Part shown: positions 27,298-37,645 of the stretch, in pieces
Layout of the letters: the number at the start of each line of letters is the position of its first letter
Position numbering within the stretch: position 1 is the first letter of the stretch
Origin: an uncultured virus (IMG/VR IMGVR_UViG_3300048502_000057)
Lineage: Duplodnaviria; Heunggongvirae; Uroviricota; Caudoviricetes
Length of the DNA stretch: 64,000 nt
Virus record (IMG/VR): IMGVR_UViG_3300048502_000057
Reading direction: 5' to 3' (one strand)
Program-made: the position numbers and the translations under genes
The notes under the pieces: generated by a model
Seen by the model: only the letters and a program-made list of their open reading frames with translations
What the model was told of the DNA's origin: nothing
Database searches by the model: none

Positions 27298-27933
27298 ATG
27301 GGCCGTCCGAGAAAGTATCCGTTGCCGACGCCGCAGGTTGAAGGCGAAGCTCCGCAAGAGAGCGTTCCGCCCGTTGCGGCGCCTATGATCCGAGGGGCTG
27401 AAAAGCCGAAGAAATCAGGATCGGTAACGGTCGCATGCAAGATCCCTCAAGGGCTGAAACTGCAATTGCAGCACAAGATCAGCCGACCAATGCCGGCAGG
27501 CCGCGGCGGTGACAATGACTATGTGATGACGGACGTTAACGTGTTCGGCGGACCGGCCTATCACGTCTTTGGCCCGTCTATGCCTGCGATGGGCGGCGTT
27601 CCGGACGGCTATATCCTGCCGCCGGCACTCGAAGGCGGGTTTGCGTTCACGCCGGGCATTCCGGCTGATTTCTGGGAAAAGTGGCTTGAGCAAAACAGGC
27701 TCGCCGATTACGTGCTCAACCGGATGATTTTCGCTCTTGATCCGGCCGGCGCGAAAGCCAAGGCTACCGAGCTCAAGGCTGAGAAATCGGGCCTTGAGCC
27801 GTTGTCGCGGGAAATCGACGCCAAGGGCCAATTGAAGGATCGTCGCGTTCCGAAGCCCGTGACGGGCAATGTTGGGCGAATCGCTTACGACGCGGAGCGG
27901 GACGCTGAGCGCGGCAATCACTCTGCCGAATAG
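27298..27933 (+). CDS. conserved head-associated protein
   Basis: VTVACKIPQGL, GFAFTPGIPADFWEKW, KSGLEPL; follows MCP in this phage type. Confidence 0.7.
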   Translation: MGRPRKYPLPTPQVEGEAPQESVPPVAAPMIRGAEKPKKSGSVTVACKIPQGLKLQLQHKISRPMPAGRGGDNDYVMTDVNVFGGPAYHVFGPSMPAMGGVPDGYILPPALEGGFAFTPGIPADFWEKWLEQNRLADYVLNRMIFALDPAGAKAKATELKAEKSGLEPLSREIDAKGQLKDRRVPKPVTGNVGRIAYDAERDAERGNHSAE

Positions 27934-27942
27934 GGGTAGCCA

Positions 27943-28440
27943 ATGACGACGACGCCTCCGGTAACGTTTAGCTACACGACATTCCTAGCGACGTTTCCGG
28001 AGTTTTCCGGTTTGAGCTCGGCTCAGGTGCAGGCTTATTTCAACCGGGCTACCGGGGCGATCGTCGCGAATAGCTGCACAAATCCGATGAATGCAGACGG
28101 CAACCTGCCGTATTTGATCTATCTCGCTACGGCGCATGTCGCGTGGCTCAATTCGCCGAAAGATGCGAATGGTAACCCTGCCGCGACCGGCCAGCCGGCA
28201 TCGCCTCTTGTCGGGCGAGTAAGTCAGGCGTCCGAGGGATCGGTTTCGGTTTCTGTGGATTACCCCGTGGGCCAGGACGCTCAAGAGCGGTATTTGGCTC
28301 AGACGAAATACGGAGCGGAATTTTGGGCGGCAACCGCCCCATATCGGACGGCGCGTTACATGGCCCGGCCTACAATCGTTGTTGGTGGTCGGTTCCGCGG
28401 CGGATGGTTGGGCGGATCTCGAAACGGAGGGTGGTGGTGA
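27943..28440 (+). CDS. head-tail adaptor (DUF4054-like)
   Basis: F..TFPEF, ATAHVA.L, VGRVSQASEGSVSVS, QTKYGAEFW. Confidence 0.85.
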   Translation: MTTTPPVTFSYTTFLATFPEFSGLSSAQVQAYFNRATGAIVANSCTNPMNADGNLPYLIYLATAHVAWLNSPKDANGNPAATGQPASPLVGRVSQASEGSVSVSVDYPVGQDAQERYLAQTKYGAEFWAATAPYRTARYMARPTIVVGGRFRGGWLGGSRNGGWW

Positions 28441-28949
28441 AAGTCGATATTGATCAGTTTTTCGCCCAATGGGCGAATTTGGAACCGCAGCTTACCGCCA
28501 TGCTTGCCGACTGGAAGGCTTGGAAGGCCGCGGCAGTCACGGCGGCGGCCTCTCCGATTGTGATCGTCGCGCCGGTTCCGGAGGACAAGCAGGTTGCCAA
28601 GGGCTACATCGAAGCCGGCAACCTTGACGCGGCTGGCGCTGCCGCAGGAGTGGCCCGTATAAGCCTCAAAACGGGTCACCCGTTCGATGAAACTGACGAC
28701 AGCTACCGGAGACGCGTCTTGGCGGCGGTCGTAGGGGCGGGCTCCGTAGACGCTGTAGATACGGCAATCGTGCAGGGTCAATCCGAGGCTCCGGCGACCG
28801 AGGCATCGACGCCGGCGCCGACCCCTCCCATCCCGGCCTCAGAAGAGCCTGCGCCGAGGCCAATCTTGCCATCGGCGCCCGTTGCGCCAATCGAGCCATT
28901 GGTTGTCGCGCCTGTCCCGCCAGTTGTCGCAACCTCCCCGACAGCGTAG
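28437..28949 (+). CDS. hypothetical protein with Pro-rich tail
   Basis: GTGA overlap, GGAGG RBS. Confidence 0.55.
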   Translation: MKVDIDQFFAQWANLEPQLTAMLADWKAWKAAAVTAAASPIVIVAPVPEDKQVAKGYIEAGNLDAAGAAAGVARISLKTGHPFDETDDSYRRRVLAAVVGAGSVDAVDTAIVQGQSEAPATEASTPAPTPPIPASEEPAPRPILPSAPVAPIEPLVVAPVPPVVATSPTA

Positions 28950-29058
28950 TTTACCGCCTGACTGGTTCGCGGCAGAAGCGGCCCGGATACTCTCGATTGT
29001 AGGGGCGCTATACGTGGTCGAAATTGGCGGCAGGAAGTTCGCGAACGGTTTTCGGGAC

Positions 29059-29298
29059 ATGCTCGAAAAGACGATCCAGCAGGCTATGCGGGAGAGCACG
29101 GCGATCGTGCAGGAAGCCGCCAACGAGCTCGCGGATGAAATGCGTTCCCAGGCCAAGGGCGCGGCTCGGGCGATCAGGGAAGAGGCCGCGCACGTCCGAG
29201 AAACATTCCAGCCCTACACCGGGAACAACGAGCCGGAAGCCACGGACGGGAAGCCGGACCCTATCCCATCAAGATCCGAAGGAGGCACCGCGTCATGA
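29059..29298 (+). CDS. hypothetical coiled-coil protein (start uncertain)
   Basis: 3' part of ORF 28882-29298; ATGA overlap with the next gene. Confidence 0.4.
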   Translation: MLEKTIQQAMRESTAIVQEAANELADEMRSQAKGAARAIREEAAHVRETFQPYTGNNEPEATDGKPDPIPSRSEGGTAS

Positions 29299-29504
29299 CA
29301 CAGCCGATTCGCATTCATTCGGTCGATAAGACGGATGCTGAAGTCAGGGCGCGGCATGAGGCCGTCGAAAAGCGGCTTGATGAACTAGGCGTCGAGCGCG
29401 TCAAGATCATGATGCTTCACGGCGGGCTTCCGAACGAATGGAACGGCATCGTCATGGCCTGGATGGCCGGGGACAAGCTCGAAGCTGAAAAAACCGAGGA
29501 ATAA
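29295..29504 (+). CDS. small hypothetical protein
   Basis: GGAGG RBS. Confidence 0.55.
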   Translation: MTQPIRIHSVDKTDAEVRARHEAVEKRLDELGVERVKIMMLHGGLPNEWNGIVMAWMAGDKLEAEKTEE

Positions 29505-29505
29505 A

Positions 29506-29956
29506 ATGGCCACTATCCGCGGCGGGGAGAAGTTCGAGGCTGCAATGGAGGACCTAGCGCGCAGGCTCGGCAGGCCGGCAACGCTCAAGGTCGGATTCCT
29601 CGAAAATGCCACCTATCCTGACGGCAAGCCGGTAGCCATGATCGCCGCAATCAACGAATATGGGGCACCGTCCCGCGGTCAGCCGGCTAGGCCGTTCTTT
29701 CGCCGCATGATCAATGCCAAACAAGGGCGAGTGGCCGGCTGCGATTGCAGGCGTATTGCGGGCCAACGGGAACGACGTCGAAAAATCTTTGAACATTGCC
29801 GGGGCTGCGATTGCCGGGCAGTTACGGCAAAGCATTGACGATTTGGTTGATCCGCCGCTCGCGGCGTCAACGATCGCTCGCAAGGGCTTCGATAAGCCGC
29901 TTATTGACACATCCCATTATGCTAAATTGGTCGATCATGAGGTAAAAGTGACTTAG
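29506..29956 (+). CDS. neck/tail-completion protein (frameshift ~29720)
   Basis: LKVGFLENATYPDG..VAMIAAINEYG....PARPFFR, then PPLA.STI.RKGFDKPLIDT. Confidence 0.82.
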
Positions 29957-30010
29957 CTGAAATTCCGTGGTAGTGACGACCCTATTGCCCCTCGAAGATA
30001 GGAGATCGTC

Positions 30011-30811
30011 ATGGCTAGAATCACTCTTTGGTCGCCGTCCATTGGCGAAGTCTTCTTTCCGGTTGCAGTTGGTGGCATCGGCTCAAGCCTTACGCAGACA
30101 CGAGATCCCCTCACGTCAGACACGGGTTTCAACGTCGGAACTGTCTGGTTCAATTCATCGGCCGGCGCCCTTCGGTGGTGGGAATGTCGCGCGTCAGGCT
30201 CGGGTGGCTCGGGCGCCGGGTGGGTATTCTCTGGCGCCGACTATGCCAATGGCGGCACAAATCCTGTCATTGAGGTTACCCAATTCGGTCAAAGCACGGC
30301 GCTTATGTCCGAAGAGGGGAACATCTATCGCGAGGTAATTGCAGGGCGAAACCCCGGCGCGACCAACGCAGACAACGTTATTGCGGCATATACAATGCCT
30401 GCAAGTGCGTTCGATTTGACGGGGCGCGGCGTGAACCTTCTCGCGGAAGGTTCGGTTGCAAACAATACCAACTCAAAGCGCATCAAGATTTATTGGGGAT
30501 GCACGACGGCTACTTTGGGGTCAACCGTAGTTGGCGGCACCGTAATAGCTGATACAGGCGCATATACGACAGCGGGCGCGGTCGGCTGGGCAGTTGAGGC
30601 AAACGTGTTCAAGTACGGCGCGGCGGGATCGAATACGCAACTTGCCCTTCATTACGGCGCTCAGATTGGTGCCGTTGTCGGCTCCCTTTTGGTTCCGGTA
30701 GCTTTGACTTCAACGGAAAGCGCATCGGTTATCATCGCGGTCACCGGCAATGCCGTAACAGCCGCAACCGACATCACTCAGAACTTTTTTGAAGTAAACG
30801 CGATGAACTAG
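30011..30811 (+). CDS. putative virion structural protein
   Basis: GGAG RBS; DP..SD.GF.VG.VW.N motif; beta-rich. Confidence 0.6.
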   Translation: MARITLWSPSIGEVFFPVAVGGIGSSLTQTRDPLTSDTGFNVGTVWFNSSAGALRWWECRASGSGGSGAGWVFSGADYANGGTNPVIEVTQFGQSTALMSEEGNIYREVIAGRNPGATNADNVIAAYTMPASAFDLTGRGVNLLAEGSVANNTNSKRIKIYWGCTTATLGSTVVGGTVIADTGAYTTAGAVGWAVEANVFKYGAAGSNTQLALHYGAQIGAVVGSLLVPVALTSTESASVIIAVTGNAVTAATDITQNFFEVNAMN

Positions 30812-30822
30812 GCTTCTAGGCC

Positions 30823-31659
30823 GTGAATCTGCACGCGATCGTTTCCCCGATTATCGGCGTCGTAAACCCGAACGAATACGTTTCGGTTTCGATTTCAACG
30901 GGGAATGCGGTCGCGGCGGATGGATCTCAGGCGCCGGCCTACGCTACTCCGGGCAGCATCACGGCCTCGATTGGCGGGACGTTTACGGCCTCAATTCCGG
31001 ACCCGGTAAACAACCCGACGACGCTCAACGTATCAGCAATCCTTACAGGTTCATTGCAGATAGGTGATGCGGTCTCGGGAACGGACGGCTCGGGCAATAC
31101 CCTAGCGGCCGGGACGTCGATCTTGGCGCAATTGTCGGGCACCGCGGGCGGGATTGGCACCTATCAGCTATCGGCCGGCGGGACGCTCGGTTCCTGCACG
31201 GTGACTTCGGCGAGCACGGTCCTGAATGTGTCCGCAGTGGCCTCAGGGACGTTGCAGGTAGGCCAAACGGTTTCGGACATGACTTCGTCCCTTCTGACCG
31301 GAACGCAGATCACGGGCCAAATCTCGGGCTCCCAAGGGGCAGCCGGGTTGTATTCGGTCTCCCAGCAGCAAACGGTCGCGTCGGAAACGATGACGACGCT
31401 GCAAATTCTGCTAGGGCAGATTCAGCCGATGCCTACCGGAGGACTATCGCATTCTGACGGGCTCAATACTCAGGCTCAAAGCCGAGTGCTCTATTACAAC
31501 GGAGCAATCGACGCGATGACCCGGGTTGCCCTCAAGGGCGGCGATATCGTCGTCAGGCAGCGGGACAATTCCGTTTGGCTTGTGACGTCGAATGCTGAGA
31601 ACTTTTATTCGAGCGCTGGTTGGAGTAAGGTGGTTTTGCAGTTACAAAACGGATCATGA
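30823..31659 (+). CDS. head-closure protein with two inserted modules
   Basis: MNLHAIV..II..VNP...GQIQP...GLN.Q...KGGD...WLV....E...W.KV...LQ. Confidence 0.75.
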   Translation: MNLHAIVSPIIGVVNPNEYVSVSISTGNAVAADGSQAPAYATPGSITASIGGTFTASIPDPVNNPTTLNVSAILTGSLQIGDAVSGTDGSGNTLAAGTSILAQLSGTAGGIGTYQLSAGGTLGSCTVTSASTVLNVSAVASGTLQVGQTVSDMTSSLLTGTQITGQISGSQGAAGLYSVSQQQTVASETMTTLQILLGQIQPMPTGGLSHSDGLNTQAQSRVLYYNGAIDAMTRVALKGGDIVVRQRDNSVWLVTSNAENFYSSAGWSKVVLQLQNGS

Positions 31660-32492
31660 AAATGATGTTCAAGAAATTGTTCAAGGCGGCCCTTGTTATC
31701 GGCCTTTCCGTTTTTTGGATCTGCGCTGCTCAGACGGCTTCGGGAGCTCAGACGCCCATCAATAGCTCAGCGCCCGTAACGCAAAGCATTTCCCTGGCTG
31801 CGACAGGTAGCTATACGCTGTGGGTCAATGGGTCTGGTTCTGCCGCGATTTCGGCAGGCAGCGCGACTATAACAGGCGCTGGCACAGCAACAAACGGATC
31901 CCCCGTCACCATAAACTGCACCGCTACCGGGACCGTCACCGTAACGATTAGCGGATCGCTCAACGTAGTTCAACTTGAGCAGCTTTCGTTCCCCACCTCC
32001 TACATCCCCACCACGTCATCCACGGTGGCGAGGGCGGCGGATGTGGTGACTTGCACGGGTTTATTGCAATCTCTGTTGCAAGGAGCAAGCGGATCGGCGT
32101 TGATCGGGTCTAATGGACTACAGTATGTGTCTGGCGGCCATAATGCATTGATCGATTCTGCAAATAACGGCGGCCACATTTTAGGAGTGGAAGCATCGGC
32201 CACACAATTATCTTCATATGATTTTTCCAATGTAGTAACCGCCACCATCGGGCAAGGACTCTCAGTTGCCAATAACATCAAGTCCGGAGCCGCTTGGTCA
32301 GGTACGACCATTAGTATAGTTTCCGCAGCGGGATCAGTAGGGACTGGAAATTACACACGCGCCCACAATGCTGATACATGGGCCATCGGCAACCAAAACG
32401 GCGGTGTTTTTTCAAACGGCCAAATCACTCGCGTCGTAGCGTGGCCTTATCGTTTATCTGACGCCTCAATTCAATCTCTGACACATCCTTGA
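31656..32492 (+). CDS. signal-peptide protein with LamG/ConA-like C-terminus
   Basis: Basic then hydrophobic N-terminus; QLEQ..FPTSYIPTT....RAAD; NGQITRVVAWPYRLSD. Confidence 0.65.
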   Translation: MKMMFKKLFKAALVIGLSVFWICAAQTASGAQTPINSSAPVTQSISLAATGSYTLWVNGSGSAAISAGSATITGAGTATNGSPVTINCTATGTVTVTISGSLNVVQLEQLSFPTSYIPTTSSTVARAADVVTCTGLLQSLLQGASGSALIGSNGLQYVSGGHNALIDSANNGGHILGVEASATQLSSYDFSNVVTATIGQGLSVANNIKSGAAWSGTTISIVSAAGSVGTGNYTRAHNADTWAIGNQNGGVFSNGQITRVVAWPYRLSDASIQSLTHP

Positions 32493-32499
32493 GTCTGAT

Positions 32500-33124
32500 A
32501 TGATCGATTATTTTTTCCAGTTCGCATCCCAGGCCGCCGCCATCGCAACAGCGGCAGGCACGGAGTATTACAACTCGATCGTGGGCGCGTGGAATCCCGA
32601 CACCGTCTCGCCAAATCTCCAGGTCTGGAAGCCCGAGCCAGGACGTCACGACCTATCAGGTCATCGGTGGCACGATTGCCAATCCCGGATCGGGCGGCAC
32701 GAATGGCGCGGTGACGCTCACAGCGGTAGGCGGCACAGGCACGGCGGCGACCGCGACCGGCACGATATCGGGCGGTCAACTCACGGCGCTGACCGGCATC
32801 GTTAATCCTGGCAGCTACTCTGTTTTGCCGTCCAATCCCGTTGCGGTGACGGGCGGTAACCTCGTTGGCGCTACGGTCAATTTGCAGACACTCGCCATCG
32901 TGACGCACACGTTCCTGACAGGGTGGTTCGGCGCTATCTCCAAGCAGCAGCCGCCTGACGCTACGCTACTCGGCGTGACGCAACTGCTGCTCGCAATCAA
33001 TCGCGAATTGTCGGCGGCGGGACAGCCAGCCATCATCCAGAATAACGTCGGACCGACGATCAATACCTACAGATTTCAGCCGCTATTCTTGGGGTCGAAT
33101 TATCCGTTTGGAAATCTGATATGA
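32500..33124 (+). CDS. putative structural protein (frameshifted ~32630-32700)
   Basis: G/T-rich A.AT.TISGG.LT....NPGSY motif; N- and C-terminal parts in different frames. Confidence 0.5.
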
Positions 33125-33507
33125 CCCCAACTCTCCCACCCATGGCCTACACAGTCTTTGCCCTCGCGCCCAGGCCCGACCGCGCGGCCACGATCGCCAT
33201 CATCAACCGCCTCGTCAACAGCGGCATCGACCCGCAGCACGGCACCCCGAGCCTGTCCGACCCCTGGCAGATCGCGCCCCGCATCGGCTGGTGCCACGAC
33301 TACGCCGTGACGAAGCAATGGCTGCTCTCCGCGCTCGGCATCCCCTCGCAGCTCTGCGAGTGCATCGCCCCGGACGGAGAGCATCACATGGTCCTGATCG
33401 TTGGCGATGACGTGCTGGACAATCTGACAGAGGCAATCGGCCCGATGCGGTATCAGGTGGTGAGGGTGCAGTCGGGGGCCAATCCTGACGATTGGGAAGC
33501 GGCGTAA
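33121..33507 (+). CDS. transglutaminase-like cysteine peptidase (BTLCP/LapG-like)
   Basis: DPW, CHDYAVTK..LL..LGIP, HMVLIV, VLDNL give a Cys-His-Asp triad. Confidence 0.8.
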   Translation: MTPTLPPMAYTVFALAPRPDRAATIAIINRLVNSGIDPQHGTPSLSDPWQIAPRIGWCHDYAVTKQWLLSALGIPSQLCECIAPDGEHHMVLIVGDDVLDNLTEAIGPMRYQVVRVQSGANPDDWEAA

Positions 33508-33526
33508 ATTCTGATACGGTTGCCGG

Positions 33527-34501
33527 ATGGCACTTCCTGTATCAATATCTCCGACGCAATCCAACGCTCAGACGGCGGTAAGGTCATTTTTGCTCGCTGT
33601 TTTGCCGGGCATAGCGGGGCAGTCTCCCGCGGTGTTTCAGGGGACGATATCCGGGACGACTTTGACAGCAAACGCTCTCCCCGGCCTTCCTAGCGGCGGC
33701 ATTCAGGGGTCTATTGCGGTTAATGCGCCGGTGCTCGGCGCGGCGCCGGGAACGACGATCCAATCTCAGTTGTCCGGTACGACGGGCGGGGTGGGAACCT
33801 ATCAGGTTTCAGTTTCACAGACGGTCGCAATACCGGCGACGATGGCAACCGGTATTTCCGTTGTTGCAGCGCAGCCGAATCGGGTGGTTGAACCGAACAA
33901 CCCGTGGTTTGTCGTAATGTCGTTTTTGTACGGTAAGCGGCTAGGAACTAACCAAGATTCAAGCGCGGACGCCAAATTTACCGGATCTATTGCTGGCAAT
34001 ACATTGACTGTTTCCGCGGTGCAGATCGGGACAGTTTCGGCAGGGTCAACTATTTTTTCGAATGCGGTTTCCGCCAACACTCAGATTATTTCTCAACTCA
34101 CGGGAACGTCGGGCGGCGCCGGCACCTATCAGGTTTCGCCTAGTCAGACGGTTTCGAGCGGCACTATGTCTGCGGGCACTAAGACAATGTTCATGAGTTC
34201 GGAAGCGACCGTGCAACTCGACTTTCATTCGCCGGATTATCTAGCCGGGGATTTCGCCCAGACCGTTTCAATTTCTTTCCGCGACGAATACGCGACGACG
34301 TTCTTTTCCTCGCTTACGGCACCACAAAATAACGTTTCCCCTCTTTATGCGGACGATCCAAGGCAGGCACCGTTTATCAATGCGGAAAATCAATATGAGT
34401 GGCGATGGTCACTTGATGCTCATGTTCAGATTGACGAAACGGTAGCGGCCCCTCAGGAGTATGCAGACTCCGCAACGGTTACCTTGGACTTTCTGTCTTA
34501 A
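33527..34501 (+). CDS. tail terminator-like protein with two inserted modules
   Basis: AQPNRVVEP..FVVM..RLGTN...VQLDFH...PLYADDP.Q.PFINAENQYE.RW. Confidence 0.78.
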   Translation: MALPVSISPTQSNAQTAVRSFLLAVLPGIAGQSPAVFQGTISGTTLTANALPGLPSGGIQGSIAVNAPVLGAAPGTTIQSQLSGTTGGVGTYQVSVSQTVAIPATMATGISVVAAQPNRVVEPNNPWFVVMSFLYGKRLGTNQDSSADAKFTGSIAGNTLTVSAVQIGTVSAGSTIFSNAVSANTQIISQLTGTSGGAGTYQVSPSQTVSSGTMSAGTKTMFMSSEATVQLDFHSPDYLAGDFAQTVSISFRDEYATTFFSSLTAPQNNVSPLYADDPRQAPFINAENQYEWRWSLDAHVQIDETVAAPQEYADSATVTLDFLS

Positions 34502-34552
34502 CGTGGTAATTCACCAGTCGGAACCTTTGATCCGACCCGGGAGATCCGCGGA

Positions 34553-36505
34553 ATGTCTACGATCCCAGCGAGCCAAATTGTAAGCGTAATTCCCGGGGTT
34601 TTGGCGGCGGGAGGCACCGGGCTTAATGGAACCGGGCTCATGCTAGACAACGGGACGCGCATCCCGGTTGGTTCGGTTCTCAGCTTCAATAGCTCGCTCG
34701 CGGTTTCCAACTATTTCGGATCGGCCTCAAAGGAGGCGGCAGAAGCTGCGATCTATTTTGCGGGCTTCAACAACGCGACAATCCTGCCATCGACGCTTCT
34801 GATGGCCCAATACTATCAGACAGCGGTTGCGGCCTTTCTTCGCGGCGGCAACATTTCGGGCCTTACCCTCGCTCAGTTGCAGGCGATTTCAGGCGTGCTC
34901 AACGTCACGATTGACGGCTATGCGCACAATGCGGCATCCCTCAGTCTTTCGACCGCAACTAGCTTTTCAAACGCAGCTTCGGCTATTCAGACCGCTATCA
35001 ATGCATCTCTCTCGTCGGCTGCAAGCGTTACCGCTGCGATTGCGGCAGCTACCTTCTCCTGTACGGGATCGATCTCCGGGAATGTGCTCACGGTTACCGC
35101 AGTAGCCTCCGGAACGATTGTCAACGGCGCGGCTATCTCCGGAACCGGAGTAACGGCAACAACGATCACCGGGCAACTATCTGGCACTACGGGCGGCATT
35201 GGCACCTATGCCGTTGCTACGTCGCAGATTGCGGCTTCCACGACGATTGCGGGCACCTATGGGACGATGACGGTATCAGCCGTTGCCTCCGGTTCGCCGG
35301 CAGTAGGGCAGACAGTAACGGGAGGGACTACTTCGGCCGGCACTATCATTACGCAAATCGGGACATTTTCTGGTACGACGGGCACCCTTTTTGTCAACCT
35401 GACGCAGGCGGTTTCGAGCGGCACCCTGACGTGCAGTCCGACAGCCGCGACAGTTACGTTTGATTCGGTTTCAGGCGGATTTGTCATCACGTCCGGCATC
35501 ACCGGCGCGGCGTCAACGATCGCTTTTGCTACAGGTTCGGCGGCATCTTCGTTGCTTCTAACGTCGGCGACCGGCGCCGTTACATCTCAAGGCGCGGCAC
35601 CTGTCACGCCGTCAACGTTCATGACGAGCTTGATTGTCGTTAATCAGGCATGGGTCAATTTCATGACGATTTTTGATCCGGACGGTGGGTCGGGCAACGT
35701 TCAGAAACAAGCTTTTGCGTCGTGGAAGGGTTTGCAAAATAACCGATACGCCTATTTTTGTTGGGACCCGGATGCAAGCCCGGCAGCATCGAGCAATGCG
35801 GCATCAAGCCTCGGTCAGATCCTCAAAGCCAACAACGACTCTGGCACTATGTTGATTTGGGAAGGCGGCGGATCGGCGACGACGGCCGACACGGGATATT
35901 GCGCGTTCAATCTTGGCCTCGCTGCATCGATCAATTACAACCAGACCAACGGGCGACCAACGTTCGCTTTCAAGGCTCAGCCCGGGCTAGCGGCAAATGT
36001 CACAGATCCGACGACGGCAGGAAATCTGTTAGCCAATGGCTACAATTTCTATGGGGCTTATGGCTCGGCAAGCAGCAATTTCGTTTGGAACTACCCGGGT
36101 TCGATCACCGGTCCTTATCTCTGGGCAGATTCATTCGATACTCAGGTCTGGCTCAACACGTATTTTCAGGCTCAGTTGCTCAACCTGTTCCAAAACTCCC
36201 TTTCGGTACCATTCACGCAAGCGGGTGTTTCGCTTATTCAGCAGACATGCCAGACGGTTATTCAAGCGGGGTTGCTCTTTGGGGCCTTTGCGCCGAACGT
36301 CCTGACGGCTGCACAGATCGCGCAAGTTAATGCGCAGGCCGGCGCGGTGATTTCAAACTCATTGCAGGCAAACGGATACTATCTGCAAGTCAACGTGCCG
36401 AGTCAGACGATCCAAGCCGTGCGAGGGCCGTGGTCGATAACGTTTTGGTACATTGACCGCGAGTCCGTGCAGCAGATCAATCTCTCAAGCGTCTTGATCC
36501 CGTAA
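34553..36505 (+). CDS. tail sheath protein (DUF3383-like) with two inserted modules
   Basis: IPASQIVSVIPGVL.AGG, AFKAQ.GL, NGYNFYGAY, WADSF..QVWLN, FWY.D..SVQQI. Confidence 0.9.
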   Translation: MSTIPASQIVSVIPGVLAAGGTGLNGTGLMLDNGTRIPVGSVLSFNSSLAVSNYFGSASKEAAEAAIYFAGFNNATILPSTLLMAQYYQTAVAAFLRGGNISGLTLAQLQAISGVLNVTIDGYAHNAASLSLSTATSFSNAASAIQTAINASLSSAASVTAAIAAATFSCTGSISGNVLTVTAVASGTIVNGAAISGTGVTATTITGQLSGTTGGIGTYAVATSQIAASTTIAGTYGTMTVSAVASGSPAVGQTVTGGTTSAGTIITQIGTFSGTTGTLFVNLTQAVSSGTLTCSPTAATVTFDSVSGGFVITSGITGAASTIAFATGSAASSLLLTSATGAVTSQGAAPVTPSTFMTSLIVVNQAWVNFMTIFDPDGGSGNVQKQAFASWKGLQNNRYAYFCWDPDASPAASSNAASSLGQILKANNDSGTMLIWEGGGSATTADTGYCAFNLGLAASINYNQTNGRPTFAFKAQPGLAANVTDPTTAGNLLANGYNFYGAYGSASSNFVWNYPGSITGPYLWADSFDTQVWLNTYFQAQLLNLFQNSLSVPFTQAGVSLIQQTCQTVIQAGLLFGAFAPNVLTAAQIAQVNAQAGAVISNSLQANGYYLQVNVPSQTIQAVRGPWSITFWYIDRESVQQINLSSVLIP

Positions 36506-36514
36506 GGAAGCACC

Positions 36515-36946
36515 ATGTCCCTGACCGCGGCAAACTCCGTCATTACGCTTTCGCAACTCACCCTGTTTCCTACTCCGGTTCAGTTGCAGCAGTTCGCGGC
36601 CGACGACGTGACGGATATCGAAGCCGTGAACGTTCTTGAGCATCAGATGGGCGTTGACGGAGTTTTATCCTTTGGGTTTGTCTGGGCACCGCGAATGCAG
36701 ACAATCACGCTCAAAGCGGATTCCCCGTCGATCGCGTTTTTCGACACAATCAACACTCAGCAGGAAGCGGCTCAGGATGCTTACCCGCTCAATGGCACGA
36801 TCACGTTGCCGGCGATCGGAAAGACTTTCGCTCTGACCAATGGCGCCCTCGAATCCTACAAGCCAATGCCAGGGGTCAAGAAGCTATTGCAGCAGCAGTC
36901 ATTCCGGCTCGTTTGGAACCGGGTTGTAGCGATCCCAACGAGGTAA
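36515..36946 (+). CDS. tail tube protein
   Basis: TAANS, LQQFAADD, MGVDG.LS.G, ITLKADSPS; follows the sheath gene. Confidence 0.88.
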   Translation: MSLTAANSVITLSQLTLFPTPVQLQQFAADDVTDIEAVNVLEHQMGVDGVLSFGFVWAPRMQTITLKADSPSIAFFDTINTQQEAAQDAYPLNGTITLPAIGKTFALTNGALESYKPMPGVKKLLQQQSFRLVWNRVVAIPTR

Positions 36947-36950
36947 TCCC

Positions 36951-37469
36951 TTGCGAAAGCATGAAGTCGTCAAAGTCCCGGCCGAATGGGGCAAGCGGGA
37001 CGCAGGAAAGCATTTCCTGATCAAAGAATGGCCGGCAGAACGAGCCGAAGAGTGGGCTGTTAGAGCTCTCATCGCCTATAACCGAGGCGGCGGTCAGATC
37101 CCGATTGACGCGATCTCCGGTGGGATGGAAGCTATTTTCTGGCTTGGCGTGAACACATTTTTGCGCGGCCAGATGCAGGCAGGAGAAGTAATTCCGATCC
37201 TCAACGAGCTATTCGAGTGTATCAAAATTATCCGCGACCCAACGGCGCGGGGCGTTGAAGGACCGGTAGCTACGGATCTTGTCCCGGGCGTTGACGACAT
37301 TGAGGAAATTCAAACTCGGCTTTGGCTGCGCTCGGAGGTGTTGCGCGTTCACACAAATTTTTCCGTGAGCGACCTATTATCGAAGTTGATTTCGGGGATG
37401 ATGGCGGCGGACAAAAAGCGTCAGGAGGAACAAGCTTCCTCGATTACAAAGGCGTCCCTCGGAACATAG
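36951..37469 (+). CDS. tail assembly chaperone
   Basis: RDAGK.FLI.E.PA..AE.WA.R, DIEE..T...LR.EVL..H.NF. Confidence 0.8.
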   Translation: MRKHEVVKVPAEWGKRDAGKHFLIKEWPAERAEEWAVRALIAYNRGGGQIPIDAISGGMEAIFWLGVNTFLRGQMQAGEVIPILNELFECIKIIRDPTARGVEGPVATDLVPGVDDIEEIQTRLWLRSEVLRVHTNFSVSDLLSKLISGMMAADKKRQEEQASSITKASLGT

Positions 37470-37642
37470 GAATTGCCCTATCGTTTGAGCAGCCGCGGGT
37501 TACCTTATACGAGTTGCAAACCATCTACGGCGTCGAGGATTTGCATAAGATCCTTGAGGTAGGGCTTGTGAACGCTCACAATGCCCGGGTAATCGCCAAA
37601 CAGCAGCAAGAGGCAATGCGCCGGATGCGCTCTCAGGGGTAA
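37355..37642 (+). CDS. tail assembly chaperone -1 frameshift extension
   Basis: In-phase slippery A AAT TTT at 37355-37361; the -1 frame encodes DY..VP..IG...TLYELQTIYGVEDL. Confidence 0.65.
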   Translation, partial: KFFRERPIIEVDFGDDGGGQKASGGTSFLDYKGVPRNIGIALSFEQPRVTLYELQTIYGVEDLHKILEVGLVNAHNARVIAKQQQEAMRRMRSQG

Positions 37643-37645
37643 GCA

